This document shows, piece after piece, positions 1 through 10,214 of a stretch of DNA of 64,000 nt (its first letter is position 1; every line of letters begins with the position of its first letter). Below the pieces are notes generated by a model. It did no database searches and had not been told where the DNA came from. It worked only from the letters and a program-made list of their open reading frames with translations. Location of the stretch: assembly GCA_035530315.1 (NCBI GenBank), contig DATKVA010000160.1, positions 11,941 to 75,940 on the forward strand, in the 5' to 3' direction. This DNA comes from Rhodanobacter sp. GTDB taxonomy: Bacteria; Pseudomonadota; Gammaproteobacteria; Xanthomonadales; Rhodanobacteraceae. Both the position numbers and the translations under genes were made by a program.

Positions 1-1
1 G

Positions 2-1279
2 GCGCTGTTCGCGCCCTCGGCACGCTGGGGCACACCGGAGGCTTTCCGCCGATTCGTCGATCGCTGCCACGGTGCCGGCCTGGGCGTGCTGCTGGACTGG
101 GTGCCGGCGCATTTCCCGCAAGACTCGCACGGACTGGTGCGCTTCGACGGTACCTGCCTGTACGAACATGAGGATCCGCGCATCGGTCGCCATCGTGAAT
201 GGGACACCCTGGTCTACAACTTCGGTCGCCGCGAGGTCGCGAATTTCCTGATCGCCAACGCGCTGTACTGGCTGCGCGAGTTCCACATTGACGGTCTGCG
301 GGTCGATGCGGTGGCCTCGATGCTCTATCTCGACTACAACCGCGAGCCCGGGCAATGGCTGCCCAACGCCTTTGGCGGTCGCGAGAACCTGGAAGCCGTG
401 GCGTTCCTGCGCCGCTTCAACGAGCTCGTGCACAGCGAAGCGCCGGCCGGCGTGGTGACCTTCGCCGAGGAATCCACCGCCTGGCCGATGGTCACGCGAC
501 CGGTGCATCTGGGCGGCCTCGGCTTCGACTACAAATGGAACATGGGGTGGATGAACGATACCCTGACCTACATGCGCCACGATCCGGTGCACCGGCGTTT
601 TCACCACGACCGGCTGACCTTCGGCCTGCTCTATGCCTTCAGCGAGAATTTCGTGCTGCCGCTGTCGCACGACGAAGTGGTGTACGGCAAGGGCTCGCTG
701 TTCGGCAAGATGCCCGGCGACCGCTGGCAGCGACTGGCCAACCTGCGCCTGTACCTGGCCTTTCAATACACCCAGCCCGGCAAGAAGCTGCTGTTCATGG
801 GCGGCGAGTTCGCACAGCAGCGCGAATGGAACCATGATCGCGAACTGGACTGGGGCCTGCTCGCCGATCCGGCGCACGCCGGGGTGCAGGCGCTGCTGCG
901 CGACCTCAACCGCCTGTACCGCACCCTCGATTGCCTGCATCGCCACGATTGCGACGGCCGCGGCTTCCGCTGGATCGACTGCAACGACAGCGAACAGAGC
1001 GTGCTGGCCTGGCGTCGCAGCGGCGAGGACCCACGCCACTTCACCGTGATCGTCTGCAACTTCACACCGGTGCCTCGGCATGGCTATCGCATCGGCGTGC
1101 CGTTGCCGGGGCCGTATCGCGAGGTATTCAACAGCGACGCGCACGATTACGGTGGCAGCGGCCTCGGCAACACCGGCTGTGTATACAGCGCGCCGGTTGC
1201 CTGGCACGGCGAGGCCCAGTCGCTGACGCTGACCCTGCCCCCGCTGGCCGCGCTGATCCTGTTGCCGCCTGCTGCCTGA
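2..1279 (+). CDS. glgB: 1,4-alpha-glucan branching enzyme (5' end outside window)
   Basis: Frame open from base 2 ([15 protein letters not shown]...[11 protein letters not shown]); GH13 motifs [26 protein letters not shown]. Confidence 0.97.
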   Translation, partial: ALFAPSARWGTPEAFRRFVDRCHGAGLGVLLDWVPAHFPQDSHGLVRFDGTCLYEHEDPRIGRHREWDTLVYNFGRREVANFLIANALYWLREFHIDGLRVDAVASMLYLDYNREPGQWLPNAFGGRENLEAVAFLRRFNELVHSEAPAGVVTFAEESTAWPMVTRPVHLGGLGFDYKWNMGWMNDTLTYMRHDPVHRRFHHDRLTFGLLYAFSENFVLPLSHDEVVYGKGSLFGKMPGDRWQRLANLRLYLAFQYTQPGKKLLFMGGEFAQQREWNHDRELDWGLLADPAHAGVQALLRDLNRLYRTLDCLHRHDCDGRGFRWIDCNDSEQSVLAWRRSGEDPRHFTVIVCNFTPVPRHGYRIGVPLPGPYREVFNSDAHDYGGSGLGNTGCVYSAPVAWHGEAQSLTLTLPPLAALILLPPAA

Positions 1280-1288
1280 GGCCTGTGG

Positions 1289-4200
1289 ATGTCTGTGCAC
1301 CCTACTCTTCTGCCTGGCTCGCCCGCCCCGTTGGGGGCGCACTGGAACGGCCATGGTGTCAATTTCGCGGTGTACTCGCGGCATGCCGACAACGTGCAAC
1401 TGTGCCTGTTCGATCCATCCGGGCGTCACGAGGTCGCTCGGCTGGACCTGCCGGCACGCGACGGCAACATCTGGCACGGCTACATCGAGGGGTCCGGACC
1501 CGGACTCGTCTACGGCTATCGCGTGCATGGACCCTACGCGCCGCGACAGGGCCATCGATTCAACCGGCACAAGCTGCTGCTCGATCCCTACGCGCGCGCG
1601 CTATGCGGCACGTTTGCCTGGAACGACGCGGTGCACGGTTACCGTGTCGGCGACGCACAAGGCGAGCTTTCCTTCGATGACCGCGACAGCGCGCCGTACG
1701 TGCCCAAATGCCGTGTCCTCGCCCCGTCGACTGCCATCGAGCGCCCGCCGCGGCCGCGCACGCCGTGGAGCGACACCGTGCTCTACGAACTGCACGTGCA
1801 CGGATTCAGCATGCTTCACCCTGAGGTACCGCCGCACCTGCGCGGTACCGCGCAGGCCTTGTCCGAACCGGCAGTGATCGCGCACCTGCACGCGCTCGGC
1901 GTCACCACGATCGAGTTGCTGCCGATCGCCGCCTTCCTGGACGAACTGCCTCTGGTGCGCCGGGGGTTGCGGAACTACTGGGGCTACAACCCGATTGCTC
2001 CACTGGCGATGCACGCCGGCTATCTGGCCGACGGCGGCGTGGAGGCCTTCGCCCGCACCGTGGACCGCCTGCACGAGGCAAGTATCGAGGTGGTGCTCGA
2101 CGTCGTCTTCAATCACACCGCGGAGGGTGACGAGCGCGGACCGACGCTCGCCTTCCGTGGCCTGGATAATGCCGTCTACTATCGGCTGCAAACCGACAAC
2201 CCCGAACGCTACCGCGACTACACCGGCTGCGGCAACACGCTGGACCTGACACAACCGGTCGTGGTCGAGCTGGTCCACGCGGCACTGCGCTACTGGGCCT
2301 GCGAGATCGGCGTGGACGGCTTCCGCTTCGACCTGGCTGCAGCGCTGGCACGCGACCGCGACGGTGTCTTCAACGCATACGCTCCACTCCTGAAAGCGAT
2401 CGCCGAGGACCCCGAACTATGCACATTGAAACTGATCGCCGAGCCCTGGGATCTGGGCGAGCCGGGACATTTCCTGGGGGGCTTTCCCGCCCCCTTCGTC
2501 GAATGGAACGACCGTTACCGCGACGGCATGCGCCGTTTCTGGCACGGTGACCAAGGCATGCTGGGCGAGCTGGCCACCCGCTTCGCCGGCTCCAGCGATG
2601 TATTCGCGCCAAGCGGGAGACGGCCCGCGGCCAGCCTCAACTTCATAACTTCGCATGACGGCTTCACCCTCGCCGACCTCACCGCCTATGCCCACAAGCG
2701 CAACGAAGCCAACGGCGAACACAACCGCGACGGTACGGATTCGAACTGGAGCAGCAACGGCGGAACCGAGGGCGAGACCGACGACGCCGCAGTGCTCGGT
2801 CGGCGGCGGCGCATTCGTCAATCGCTGCTGGGTACGCTGGTGCTTTCGCGCGGCACGCCCATGCTGCTGGCCGGCGACGAGCTTTCGCATACCCAGCGCG
2901 GCAACAACAATGCGTACTGTCAGGACAACCCACTCACCTGGCTGGACTGGTCAACGCGCGGTGACACCTGGCGCGATCTCACGGCATTCACGCGACAGGC
3001 AGCAGCGTTGCGGCGGCAGCTGACACTGCTGCGGCAGGACCGCTTCTTCGACGGGGACGCTATTCCCGACCATCCGGAATGCAAGGACATCGCCTGGCTG
3101 GGAACCGACGGCCACGAACTGGATACCGGCGACTGGCAGGACGCCACGCGACGGAGCCTCGGCATGCTGCTGACCGGCGTCGGCAAAACCGCGCACGAAC
3201 AGTTGTACCTGGCCTTGAACGCGGGCGAGGAGGCTATTCACTTTCGCCTGCCCATGTCGCTCGACGGAGATGACTGGATCGGCGTGCTCGACAGCGACGC
3301 CCCGACGCACGCTGGCGTTGCCTCGCTGTACGCCGGCGGTGCCAGTGTGCCAGTCGCCCCCGGCGCCCTGCTCGCCCTGGTGCCACGATGGACGCCCGGG
3401 TTCGGCGTACCGGCGGCGCTATCCGCGAAGGCCCTCAGAGCCGGCATCCTCGACGAATACACGGATATCGCCGGAACGCGACGCCAGGTACCAGCCGAGG
3501 CTCTCGAGCGGCTGATCGCCGCCGCCGGGGACGGTGTGTCCGGCGGCGTTCGGGACGAACCCTTGCGGATACCCACCGCACCATCGAAATGCTGGCTGCC
3601 TGCGGGTCTGGCCCGGCCGCCGGGTCGCTGGGCACTCTCCGTGCAGTTGTACAGCCTGCGTTCGGCGCAGAGCTGGGGCATCGGCGACTTCAACGATCTC
3701 GCGCGCCTGCTCGATACGGTCGCTGCCCTCGGCGCCGATGGGGTTCTGCTGAGCCCGGTGCACGCGCTGTCACTGACGCAGCCGCAGCGCGCCTCGCCCT
3801 ATTCGCCCAGCAGCCGGCTGATGCTCAATCCGTGGCTGATCTCGGTGCCGCAGGCGGCCGGCGCCGACATGCCACCGGACTATCGCGCCTATACCGAGCA
3901 AGCGGACATGCGCGCCGAACTGTCCCGCCTGAACGCCGCTGCGCTGATCGACTACGCAGCTGTCGCCACCGTCAAACTCCGTGCCCTGACACTGCTTCAT
4001 GAAGCGTTTCGCCGGCGCCATCTCGGCGCTTCGCCCACTGCGGCAGGAGAGGCTTTTCTGCGCTTCCGCCGCGACGAAGGGGCACCGTTGCGCGACTACG
4101 CCGTGTTCGAGGCACTGAGCGAATGGTTTGCTCGGCAGCACGGCGACCATCTGCCGTGGGTGCAGTGGCCGCTGGTCTTTCGTCATCCGGCATCGGACGA

Positions 4201-5278
4201 GGTCATGGCGTTTGAGCAAGCGCATGACGTGCGCATCGAGTTCTTCGCCTATCTGCAATGGCTGGCCAGACGACAGTGGCAGGATGCCGCTGTGCGCGCG
4301 CGCGCAGCGGGCATGCAGCTGGGATTGATCGCTGACCTGGCACTGGGCACCGACCTGGACAGTGCGGAGGCCTGGCAATGGCCGGGACTGATGGCGCACG
4401 ATGCCGAGCTCGGCGCACCGCCGGACGGTTTCGCACCGAGGGGGCAGCGTTGGGGGGCCCCTCCCTGGAGGCCGCAACGACTGGTCGAACTGGACTACGC
4501 GCCCTTCGATGCCCTGCTTCACGCGGTGATGCGCGATGCCGGCGCGATCCGCCTGGATCACGTGATGGGACTGATGCGGCAATTCTGGATTCCGCGCGGC
4601 GGCGACCCGGATCAGGGCGGCTACGTCACCTATCCGTTCGAGACGCTGTTGCAACATCTGGCGAAGGCCAGCGTACGGCATCGCTGCGCGGTAATCGGCG
4701 AGGACCTTGGCAACGTGCCTGACGGCTTGCGCGACCGGTTGGCATCGGCGCAGATACTCGGCTATCGCGTCGTGTATTTCGAACGTGACGCTGCCGGACG
4801 CTTCATCGCGCCCACGCAGTATTCGGCCCTTGCCGCCGCCGCCGTCTCCACCCATGACCTGCCCACCATCGACGGCTTTCGTGCCGGCACCGACATCGAC
4901 GAACGCAGCGCGCGAGGGCTGTACGTGTCCACCGCGCAAGTCCTGGCCGCCCGCGAAGAACGGCGGCGGGCCTTGGTGGCACTGGAGTCCGCTCTCGCGC
5001 CTTACGACTGCGGCGATGATCCGCAATCATTTGCCGACGCACTGCACCGCTTCCTTGCCGCCAGTGCCAGCCGGCTGGCGATCGTGCAGATCGAGGACGT
5101 GATCGGCGTGCGTCACCAGGCCAACCTGCCGGGCCTGGGAGACGAGGCGCCGAACTGGCGCCAGCGCCTTCCCATAGGCATTGAAGCGCTCGAACGTGAT
5201 CCGCGCCTGCAGGTACTTGCGTCGATCTTCAGCCGGCGTACGTGCCATCGCCGCACGGCGACTTCACCTTTAAAGTGA
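1289..5278 (+). CDS. glgX: Fused glycogen debranching enzyme GlgX + 4-alpha-glucanotransferase (MalQ)
   Basis: N-part: PLGAHWNG, NYWGYN, DVVFNHT, GVDGFRFDLA, FITSHDGFTL, QRGNNNAYCQD. C-part GH77: YSLRSAQSWGIGDF, SPYSPSSR, IRLDHVMG, IGEDLG, STHDLPT. One 1329-aa frame. Confidence 0.93.
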   Translation: MSVHPTLLPGSPAPLGAHWNGHGVNFAVYSRHADNVQLCLFDPSGRHEVARLDLPARDGNIWHGYIEGSGPGLVYGYRVHGPYAPRQGHRFNRHKLLLDPYARALCGTFAWNDAVHGYRVGDAQGELSFDDRDSAPYVPKCRVLAPSTAIERPPRPRTPWSDTVLYELHVHGFSMLHPEVPPHLRGTAQALSEPAVIAHLHALGVTTIELLPIAAFLDELPLVRRGLRNYWGYNPIAPLAMHAGYLADGGVEAFARTVDRLHEASIEVVLDVVFNHTAEGDERGPTLAFRGLDNAVYYRLQTDNPERYRDYTGCGNTLDLTQPVVVELVHAALRYWACEIGVDGFRFDLAAALARDRDGVFNAYAPLLKAIAEDPELCTLKLIAEPWDLGEPGHFLGGFPAPFVEWNDRYRDGMRRFWHGDQGMLGELATRFAGSSDVFAPSGRRPAASLNFITSHDGFTLADLTAYAHKRNEANGEHNRDGTDSNWSSNGGTEGETDDAAVLGRRRRIRQSLLGTLVLSRGTPMLLAGDELSHTQRGNNNAYCQDNPLTWLDWSTRGDTWRDLTAFTRQAAALRRQLTLLRQDRFFDGDAIPDHPECKDIAWLGTDGHELDTGDWQDATRRSLGMLLTGVGKTAHEQLYLALNAGEEAIHFRLPMSLDGDDWIGVLDSDAPTHAGVASLYAGGASVPVAPGALLALVPRWTPGFGVPAALSAKALRAGILDEYTDIAGTRRQVPAEALERLIAAAGDGVSGGVRDEPLRIPTAPSKCWLPAGLARPPGRWALSVQLYSLRSAQSWGIGDFNDLARLLDTVAALGADGVLLSPVHALSLTQPQRASPYSPSSRLMLNPWLISVPQAAGADMPPDYRAYTEQADMRAELSRLNAAALIDYAAVATVKLRALTLLHEAFRRRHLGASPTAAGEAFLRFRRDEGAPLRDYAVFEALSEWFARQHGDHLPWVQWPLVFRHPASDEVMAFEQAHDVRIEFFAYLQWLARRQWQDAAVRARAAGMQLGLIADLALGTDLDSAEAWQWPGLMAHDAELGAPPDGFAPRGQRWGAPPWRPQRLVELDYAPFDALLHAVMRDAGAIRLDHVMGLMRQFWIPRGGDPDQGGYVTYPFETLLQHLAKASVRHRCAVIGEDLGNVPDGLRDRLASAQILGYRVVYFERDAAGRFIAPTQYSALAAAAVSTHDLPTIDGFRAGTDIDERSARGLYVSTAQVLAAREERRRALVALESALAPYDCGDDPQSFADALHRFLAASASRLAIVQIEDVIGVRHQANLPGLGDEAPNWRQRLPIGIEALERDPRLQVLASIFSRRTCHRRTATSPLK

Positions 5279-5576
5279 CTGGCCCGGGCCAAGTCTCTCC
5301 CTAGGCTGGCCAAGGCAGACCGTGGGCCCCCTTCCTGCCAGCCCACATGCTGATTGCCAGCGGCTCTAATTGATGCCGGTCAAGAACACCTCACTCATCT
5401 GGGGGAACGATGGCGCCCGCCAGTCAGCGGTCCAGAACAAGGCAACGAGTACGCATCACCAGCTGTCGTGACCCCTTGCTGTGGCGACGTGAACCTCGGG
5501 CTAGAAGGACATTCGCTCGGGCGGTGCCTTCTCCAGTTGACGCACATCACGTGCCCTTTGCGATCCCGCGCCTAGC

Positions 5577-6001
5577 ATGCCCTGGTGCAGCATCTTTTCG
5601 TTTGTGATGCGCGTTCCCGTTTCCCGTCTCCCACTTCGGACAATGGAGATCTTGGACGTGACAGCGGTCCTCACCGCACAATCGCTGACCCGGCGGTTCA
5701 ACGACATCGTCGCCGTCGATCATGTGACGCTCGCGGTCGCTCAAGGCGAAATGTTCGGCCTGCTGGGAGGCAACGGTGCGGGCAAGAGCATGCTGATCAA
5801 GATGCTGAAGACGTTGCTGCCGCCAACCTCGGGCAGCGCGACGGTGGCCGGGTTCGACATCGTGCGAGAACTCGCACAGGTCCGGCGCGTCATCGGCTAC
5901 GTGACGAAGTATTCGTTCACTGCACCGGAGACAACCTGGAAACTGAGGAAGCGTACGGTGAAACCGCCGATGTCAGGCAAAGCGCCAAGCGCCTCGGCTG
6001 A
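5577..6001 (+). pseudogene. ABC transporter ATP-binding subunit (DrrA-like), internally deleted
   Basis: Walker A GGNGAGKS and ...RRVIGYV, then at ~5903 a jump into another frame reading DEVFVHCTGDNLE...SAKRLG*, which looks like the C-terminus; signature and Walker B absent. Confidence 0.75.
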
Positions 6002-6008
6002 CTCGCCC

Positions 6009-6416
6009 ATGCACGACGCCTCGCCCCGCTGGTCAGTGGCTCCCCTGCGGTACGTTGCCAAGGTATTTGCCATCGTCCACCTGGAAATACGCAAGCTGCG
6101 CCACGATCCGGTCGAGCTGCTGACGCGCGCCATCCAACCGATGTTATGGCTGGCGGTGTTCGGCCAGACGTTCGCGCACGCGCACGCCATGCCCACAGGA
6201 ACACTCGACTACGTGGACATTCCGGCGCCGGGAGTGCTCGCCCGAAGCGTACTGTTCGTCGCGATCTTCTACGGCATATCGATGATCTGGGAGCGCGGCC
6301 TTGGCATCGTGCATGAATTTCTGGTGTGCCTCGCACCGCGCGCCGCCCTGGTGCGGGGCAGTGCGCTTTCGGCAAGCATTGGACTCAGCTCTTTGTCCGA
6401 AAGGCGGTTGGCATGA
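6009..6416 (+). pseudogene. ABC-2 type permease, C-terminally truncated
   Basis: EIRKLRHDPVELLTRAIQPMLWLAVFG, APGVLARSVLFVAIFYGISMIWERGLG; only ~135 aa; stop overlaps next ATG. Confidence 0.7.
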
Positions 6417-9241
6417 CCGAGCCTTTATCAGGGAAAGACCAGGCATCCGTGGCATCGCTGCAGCAAGCGCTGCTGGATCAGATCGCACAGATGATGGTTG
6501 AGCTGCATCCGCACGCACAGCAGGTGCCAGCGGTTCGCCTCGGTTCCCGCCTGGATCGTGATCTGGGCCTCGACAGTCTGTCTCGCATCGAACTGCTGGC
6601 GCGGTTGGAACGTCATTTCCGTGTCGTCTTGCCAGACACCGACGCGCTGACCGCCACCACACCTGGCGAGCTGTTGCACGCGCTGGAACTTGCCGCACCC
6701 CGCGAAGCGATCGTCGTTACAGCGACCGTCGAGGCCGCCCGCGCGGAGACCGCTCGGTTCGAGTTACCTGAAACAGCGCGTACGTTGCCTGAGGTGCTGG
6801 ACTGGCATTGCGAACGCCATGCCGACCGCAACTACGTTCGCTTCGAAGGCGGCGCGGCTCACGGAACCTTGTTGAGCTACGGCGAACTCAGGGAGCGTGC
6901 CACGCGCATCGCTGCGGGATTGCAGCAGTTGGAACTTCGCCCGCTTGATCCCGTTGCGCTGATGCTTCCCACGCATCCGGATTTCCTGGTGGCGTTTTTC
7001 GGCGTACTGCTCGCCGGAGGTGTGCCGGTACCGCTCTATCCACCGATGCGGCCCGGCGAACTGGCCGATTACTGGCATCGGCAAGCGGGCATTCTGCGCA
7101 ACTGCGGTGCGCGGATCCTGCTGGTTGACGCATCGATCCAGTCGCACCAGCACCTCGTTCGCAGCGTGACCGGGCCGGTCGAGCACATCGTCACGGTCAC
7201 CGAACTCAGTGATTCGCCACCACTGCAATCCGTCGCCTTGAGTCCGGACGATCTGGCGATGTTGCAATACACGTCCGGCAGCACCGCCGATCCCAAGGGG
7301 GTGATGCTGACCCATCGCAACATGCTGGCCAATCTTCGCACGATGGGCAGTGCGATCAGGGTGAGTGCGGACGATGTGTTTGTCAGCTGGTTGCCGCTGT
7401 ATCACGACATGGGTCTGATCGGTGCGTGTCTCGGCACCTTGTATTACGGCATCCCGCTGGTACTTATGCCGCCGCAGACTTTCTTGTTGCGCCCGGAACG
7501 CTGGCTCTGGGCCATCCATCGCTACCACGCCACCTTGTCGGCCGCACCGAATTTCGCTCTGGAGCTATGCGTGTACCGTGTGCCCGACAGTGCCGTCCAG
7601 GGTCTGGATCTGAGCCGTTGGCGCCTGGCGTTCTGTGGTGCCGAACCGGTATTCGAGGAAACCCTCGCCCGCTTTTCGCAGCGCTTCGCATCATTCGGAT
7701 TTCGTCGTGAAGCGCTGTTCCCGGTCTACGGGCTGGCAGAGAACACCTTGGGCCTGACCTTCCCGCCCATCGGGCGGGTTCCCAAGATGCTGCGCGTTGC
7801 ACGGGACCCGTTTCTCCAGCGCGGCGTGGCCCAACCAGCGCAAGGCACCGACACGCTGGCGTTTGTGTCTTGCGGGCAACCACTGCCTGGCCATGAGATC
7901 CGCATCGTGGACGAGGGGGACCGCGAACTGCCCGATGGCACGCAGGGCAGTGTTCAATTCCGTGGCCCATCAGCGACGTCGGGCTATTTCCACGCAACGG
8001 AGATCACTCGGCACCTGTTCCATGGTTCGTGGCTCGATTCCGGCGATCTGGGATTCATATTCGAAGGCGAGTTGTATCTCACCGGACGGGTCAAGGATCT
8101 CATCATCCGCGCCGGCCGCCATATCCATCCGCAGGCGATTGAACAGATGATCGGCTCCGTGGCGGGTGTTCGCCGCGGGCGCGTGGCGGTCTTTGGCAGC
8201 TACGCCGGCAACGAGGGCACCGAGCGGCTCGTGGTAGTGGCCGAAACCCGTGTAACTGACGTCGCCGCCCTGGCCGCCTTGCGCGCGCAAGTGAACACCG
8301 TTGCCGAGGACTTCACCGGAGGTCCCGCTGATGAGGTGGTACTGACGCCGCCTGGCAGCGTCCTCAAGACCTCCAGCGGCAAGCTTCGCCGTTCGGCTTG
8401 TCGCGCTGCGTACGAGGCCGGCACGCTCGGCAAAGCCCACAACCGGGCACTGATCGCGGTGCTGCTGCGAGGTCTGATCGCGAATGTACGCGGCCGGCTC
8501 AGGCGTGTGGGCGCAATTGCTTTTGCCGTCTACGCATGGACGATTCTTGCGCTGCTCGTCATACCGGCGTTCTTCGCGCTTGCTGTGCTGCCTCAGCTCA
8601 CGCAACGCTGGCAGGCCATGCGCACGGTCATCGGGATCTTGCGCACAGCGCTATGCCTGCCGCTGACGCTGCATGTAGAGCAAACGCTGCCCGAGCAGCC
8701 GTGTATCTTCGTTGCAAATCACTCGAGTTACATCGATGCGCTGATCCTCCTCTGGACCCTGCCTCGGCCGGTCGCATTCGCGGCCAAGACCGAACTATCC
8801 AGGCAGCCCTTGTTGCGCTGGCTGCTAGCGCGACTTGGCGCGGTATTCGTCGAACGCTCCGACCAACAGCGAAGCACCGAGGTTGTCGGGCAGGCGCAAG
8901 AGGGACAGCGGGACTTTCTATTCTTTCCCGAAGGCACGTTCTATCGCATGCCAGGCCTTCTGCCGTTCCATCTGGGCGCCTTCCTCGCCGCCGCGCGTGC
9001 CAATCTTCCCGTTGTGCCTATTGCACTTCGCGGCACGCGCGCCGTGCTGCGTGACGTTGAATGGTTTCCGCGACGTGCGCCCGTGGAAGTCACTATCGGT
9101 GCACCGCTGACCCCGCAGTCAGCAACCGATCATTGGCACGAAGCGTTGCGCCTTTCCCAAGCTTCTCGACGCTTTCTTCTGGATCACTGTGGCGAGCCGG
9201 ATGCGGGTGACCGCACCCTGCCCGTCTCGCCTTCGCCGTGA
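6413..9241 (+). CDS. Tri-domain acyl carrier protein / fatty acyl-AMP ligase-like / PlsC-type acyltransferase
   Basis: ACP motif DLGLDSLSRIEL; adenylation motifs QYTSGST..PKGV, SWLPLYHDMGLIG, YGLAE, DSGDLG, KTSSGK; acyltransferase NHSSYID and FPEGT. Start at ATG 6413 (ATGA overlap). Confidence 0.88.
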   Translation: MTEPLSGKDQASVASLQQALLDQIAQMMVELHPHAQQVPAVRLGSRLDRDLGLDSLSRIELLARLERHFRVVLPDTDALTATTPGELLHALELAAPREAIVVTATVEAARAETARFELPETARTLPEVLDWHCERHADRNYVRFEGGAAHGTLLSYGELRERATRIAAGLQQLELRPLDPVALMLPTHPDFLVAFFGVLLAGGVPVPLYPPMRPGELADYWHRQAGILRNCGARILLVDASIQSHQHLVRSVTGPVEHIVTVTELSDSPPLQSVALSPDDLAMLQYTSGSTADPKGVMLTHRNMLANLRTMGSAIRVSADDVFVSWLPLYHDMGLIGACLGTLYYGIPLVLMPPQTFLLRPERWLWAIHRYHATLSAAPNFALELCVYRVPDSAVQGLDLSRWRLAFCGAEPVFEETLARFSQRFASFGFRREALFPVYGLAENTLGLTFPPIGRVPKMLRVARDPFLQRGVAQPAQGTDTLAFVSCGQPLPGHEIRIVDEGDRELPDGTQGSVQFRGPSATSGYFHATEITRHLFHGSWLDSGDLGFIFEGELYLTGRVKDLIIRAGRHIHPQAIEQMIGSVAGVRRGRVAVFGSYAGNEGTERLVVVAETRVTDVAALAALRAQVNTVAEDFTGGPADEVVLTPPGSVLKTSSGKLRRSACRAAYEAGTLGKAHNRALIAVLLRGLIANVRGRLRRVGAIAFAVYAWTILALLVIPAFFALAVLPQLTQRWQAMRTVIGILRTALCLPLTLHVEQTLPEQPCIFVANHSSYIDALILLWTLPRPVAFAAKTELSRQPLLRWLLARLGAVFVERSDQQRSTEVVGQAQEGQRDFLFFPEGTFYRMPGLLPFHLGAFLAAARANLPVVPIALRGTRAVLRDVEWFPRRAPVEVTIGAPLTPQSATDHWHEALRLSQASRRFLLDHCGEPDAGDRTLPVSPSP

Positions 9242-9824
9242 GATGTCATTGCGGCAATGCACATCCTCCCATCGCTCCGAACTGGCCGCCATCGAAAGCT
9301 ATGCCGATCATCAGTCCTTCACGCGTCCGCAATCTACTTGTGTGATTCATGCATCGTGGCAACGATTGGGTACTTCGCACCGTGGGCGCTAACTCACGCT
9401 CAGACTCGTTGCTCTCTTCGAATCGGCTTTCTTTACGTTATCGCTGCACTCCCAGTGCTGGCGCACCATGCCAATGTATCGCTGCATCCTCCTTTGCGCT
9501 CGCGAGCTTGATCATTCCGGATCGACGAGCGCCCCTCCATTGCCGTCGGCTTCGTCGGACCAAGTGCGGGGAGCTGGCGCGCAATCAGGCGCGCCGCTGC
9601 TAGCTGGTGGATCGTGTACTTCTCGCTGATAGGAATGGCTACAGCGTGGCGACAAGCGCGTCAGGAGCCACCATTCAACGCGAGGCCGCTACCTTTTCAG
9701 AGCTGGCAATTCATCCGCGGAACCCGAGCGTGTGAAGCGGCGTGCTGGTCGGGAGAAGACCGGGTACAAACTCGATCTAGCCGGAGATTTGGGCGTTTAG
9801 CCGCAGCCAAGTCGAAGTATACGG

Positions 9825-9858
9825 TTGACATGCTAAATAGGAATGGTTATCGTTTGCA
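9825..9858 (+). promoter_or_regulatory. Sigma70 promoter overlapped by a Fur-like box
   Basis: TTGACA (9825-9830), 17 nt, TATCGT; overlapping AATAGGAATGGTTATCGTT (9836-9854) resembles the Fur consensus; lies upstream of iron-uptake genes. Confidence 0.7.
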
Positions 9859-9880
9859 AAATCTCCATGGAACCCTTCCC

Positions 9881-10213
9881 ATGAAACATCGCCTTCTTGT
9901 CGCGTTACCGATGCTGCTGGCTCTCGCTGGCACGGCGCTAGCCAACGACCTGCCGGAATACACGCTGGTCGTCAAGAATCACGTCTATCAGCCCAGCGAG
10001 CTCAAGGTGCCGGCCGGTACCAAGTTCAGGCTCATCGTGCGCAACGAGGACGCCACGCCGGAAGAGTTCGAGAGTACGGATTTCAATCGCGAGAAGATCG
10101 TGTTGCCAAACAGCAGCATCACCGTCTATGTCGGGCCATTGCACACCGGCAGCTACGGATTTTTTGGCGACTTCCACCAAGCCACGGCCCAAGGCCGACT
10201 GATCGTGGAGTGA
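9881..10213 (+). CDS. Periplasmic cupredoxin-domain protein (FtrB/EfeO-N-like)
   Basis: Signal peptide, LKVPAGTKFRLIVRNED, PEEFES, YGFFGDFH; adjacent to FTR1. Confidence 0.88.
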   Translation: MKHRLLVALPMLLALAGTALANDLPEYTLVVKNHVYQPSELKVPAGTKFRLIVRNEDATPEEFESTDFNREKIVLPNSSITVYVGPLHTGSYGFFGDFHQATAQGRLIVE

Positions 10214-10214
10214 T

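Noticed and set aside
5354-5575. MarR remnant upstream of the ABC genes
   Set aside because: Expected from context, but no convincing motif in any frame
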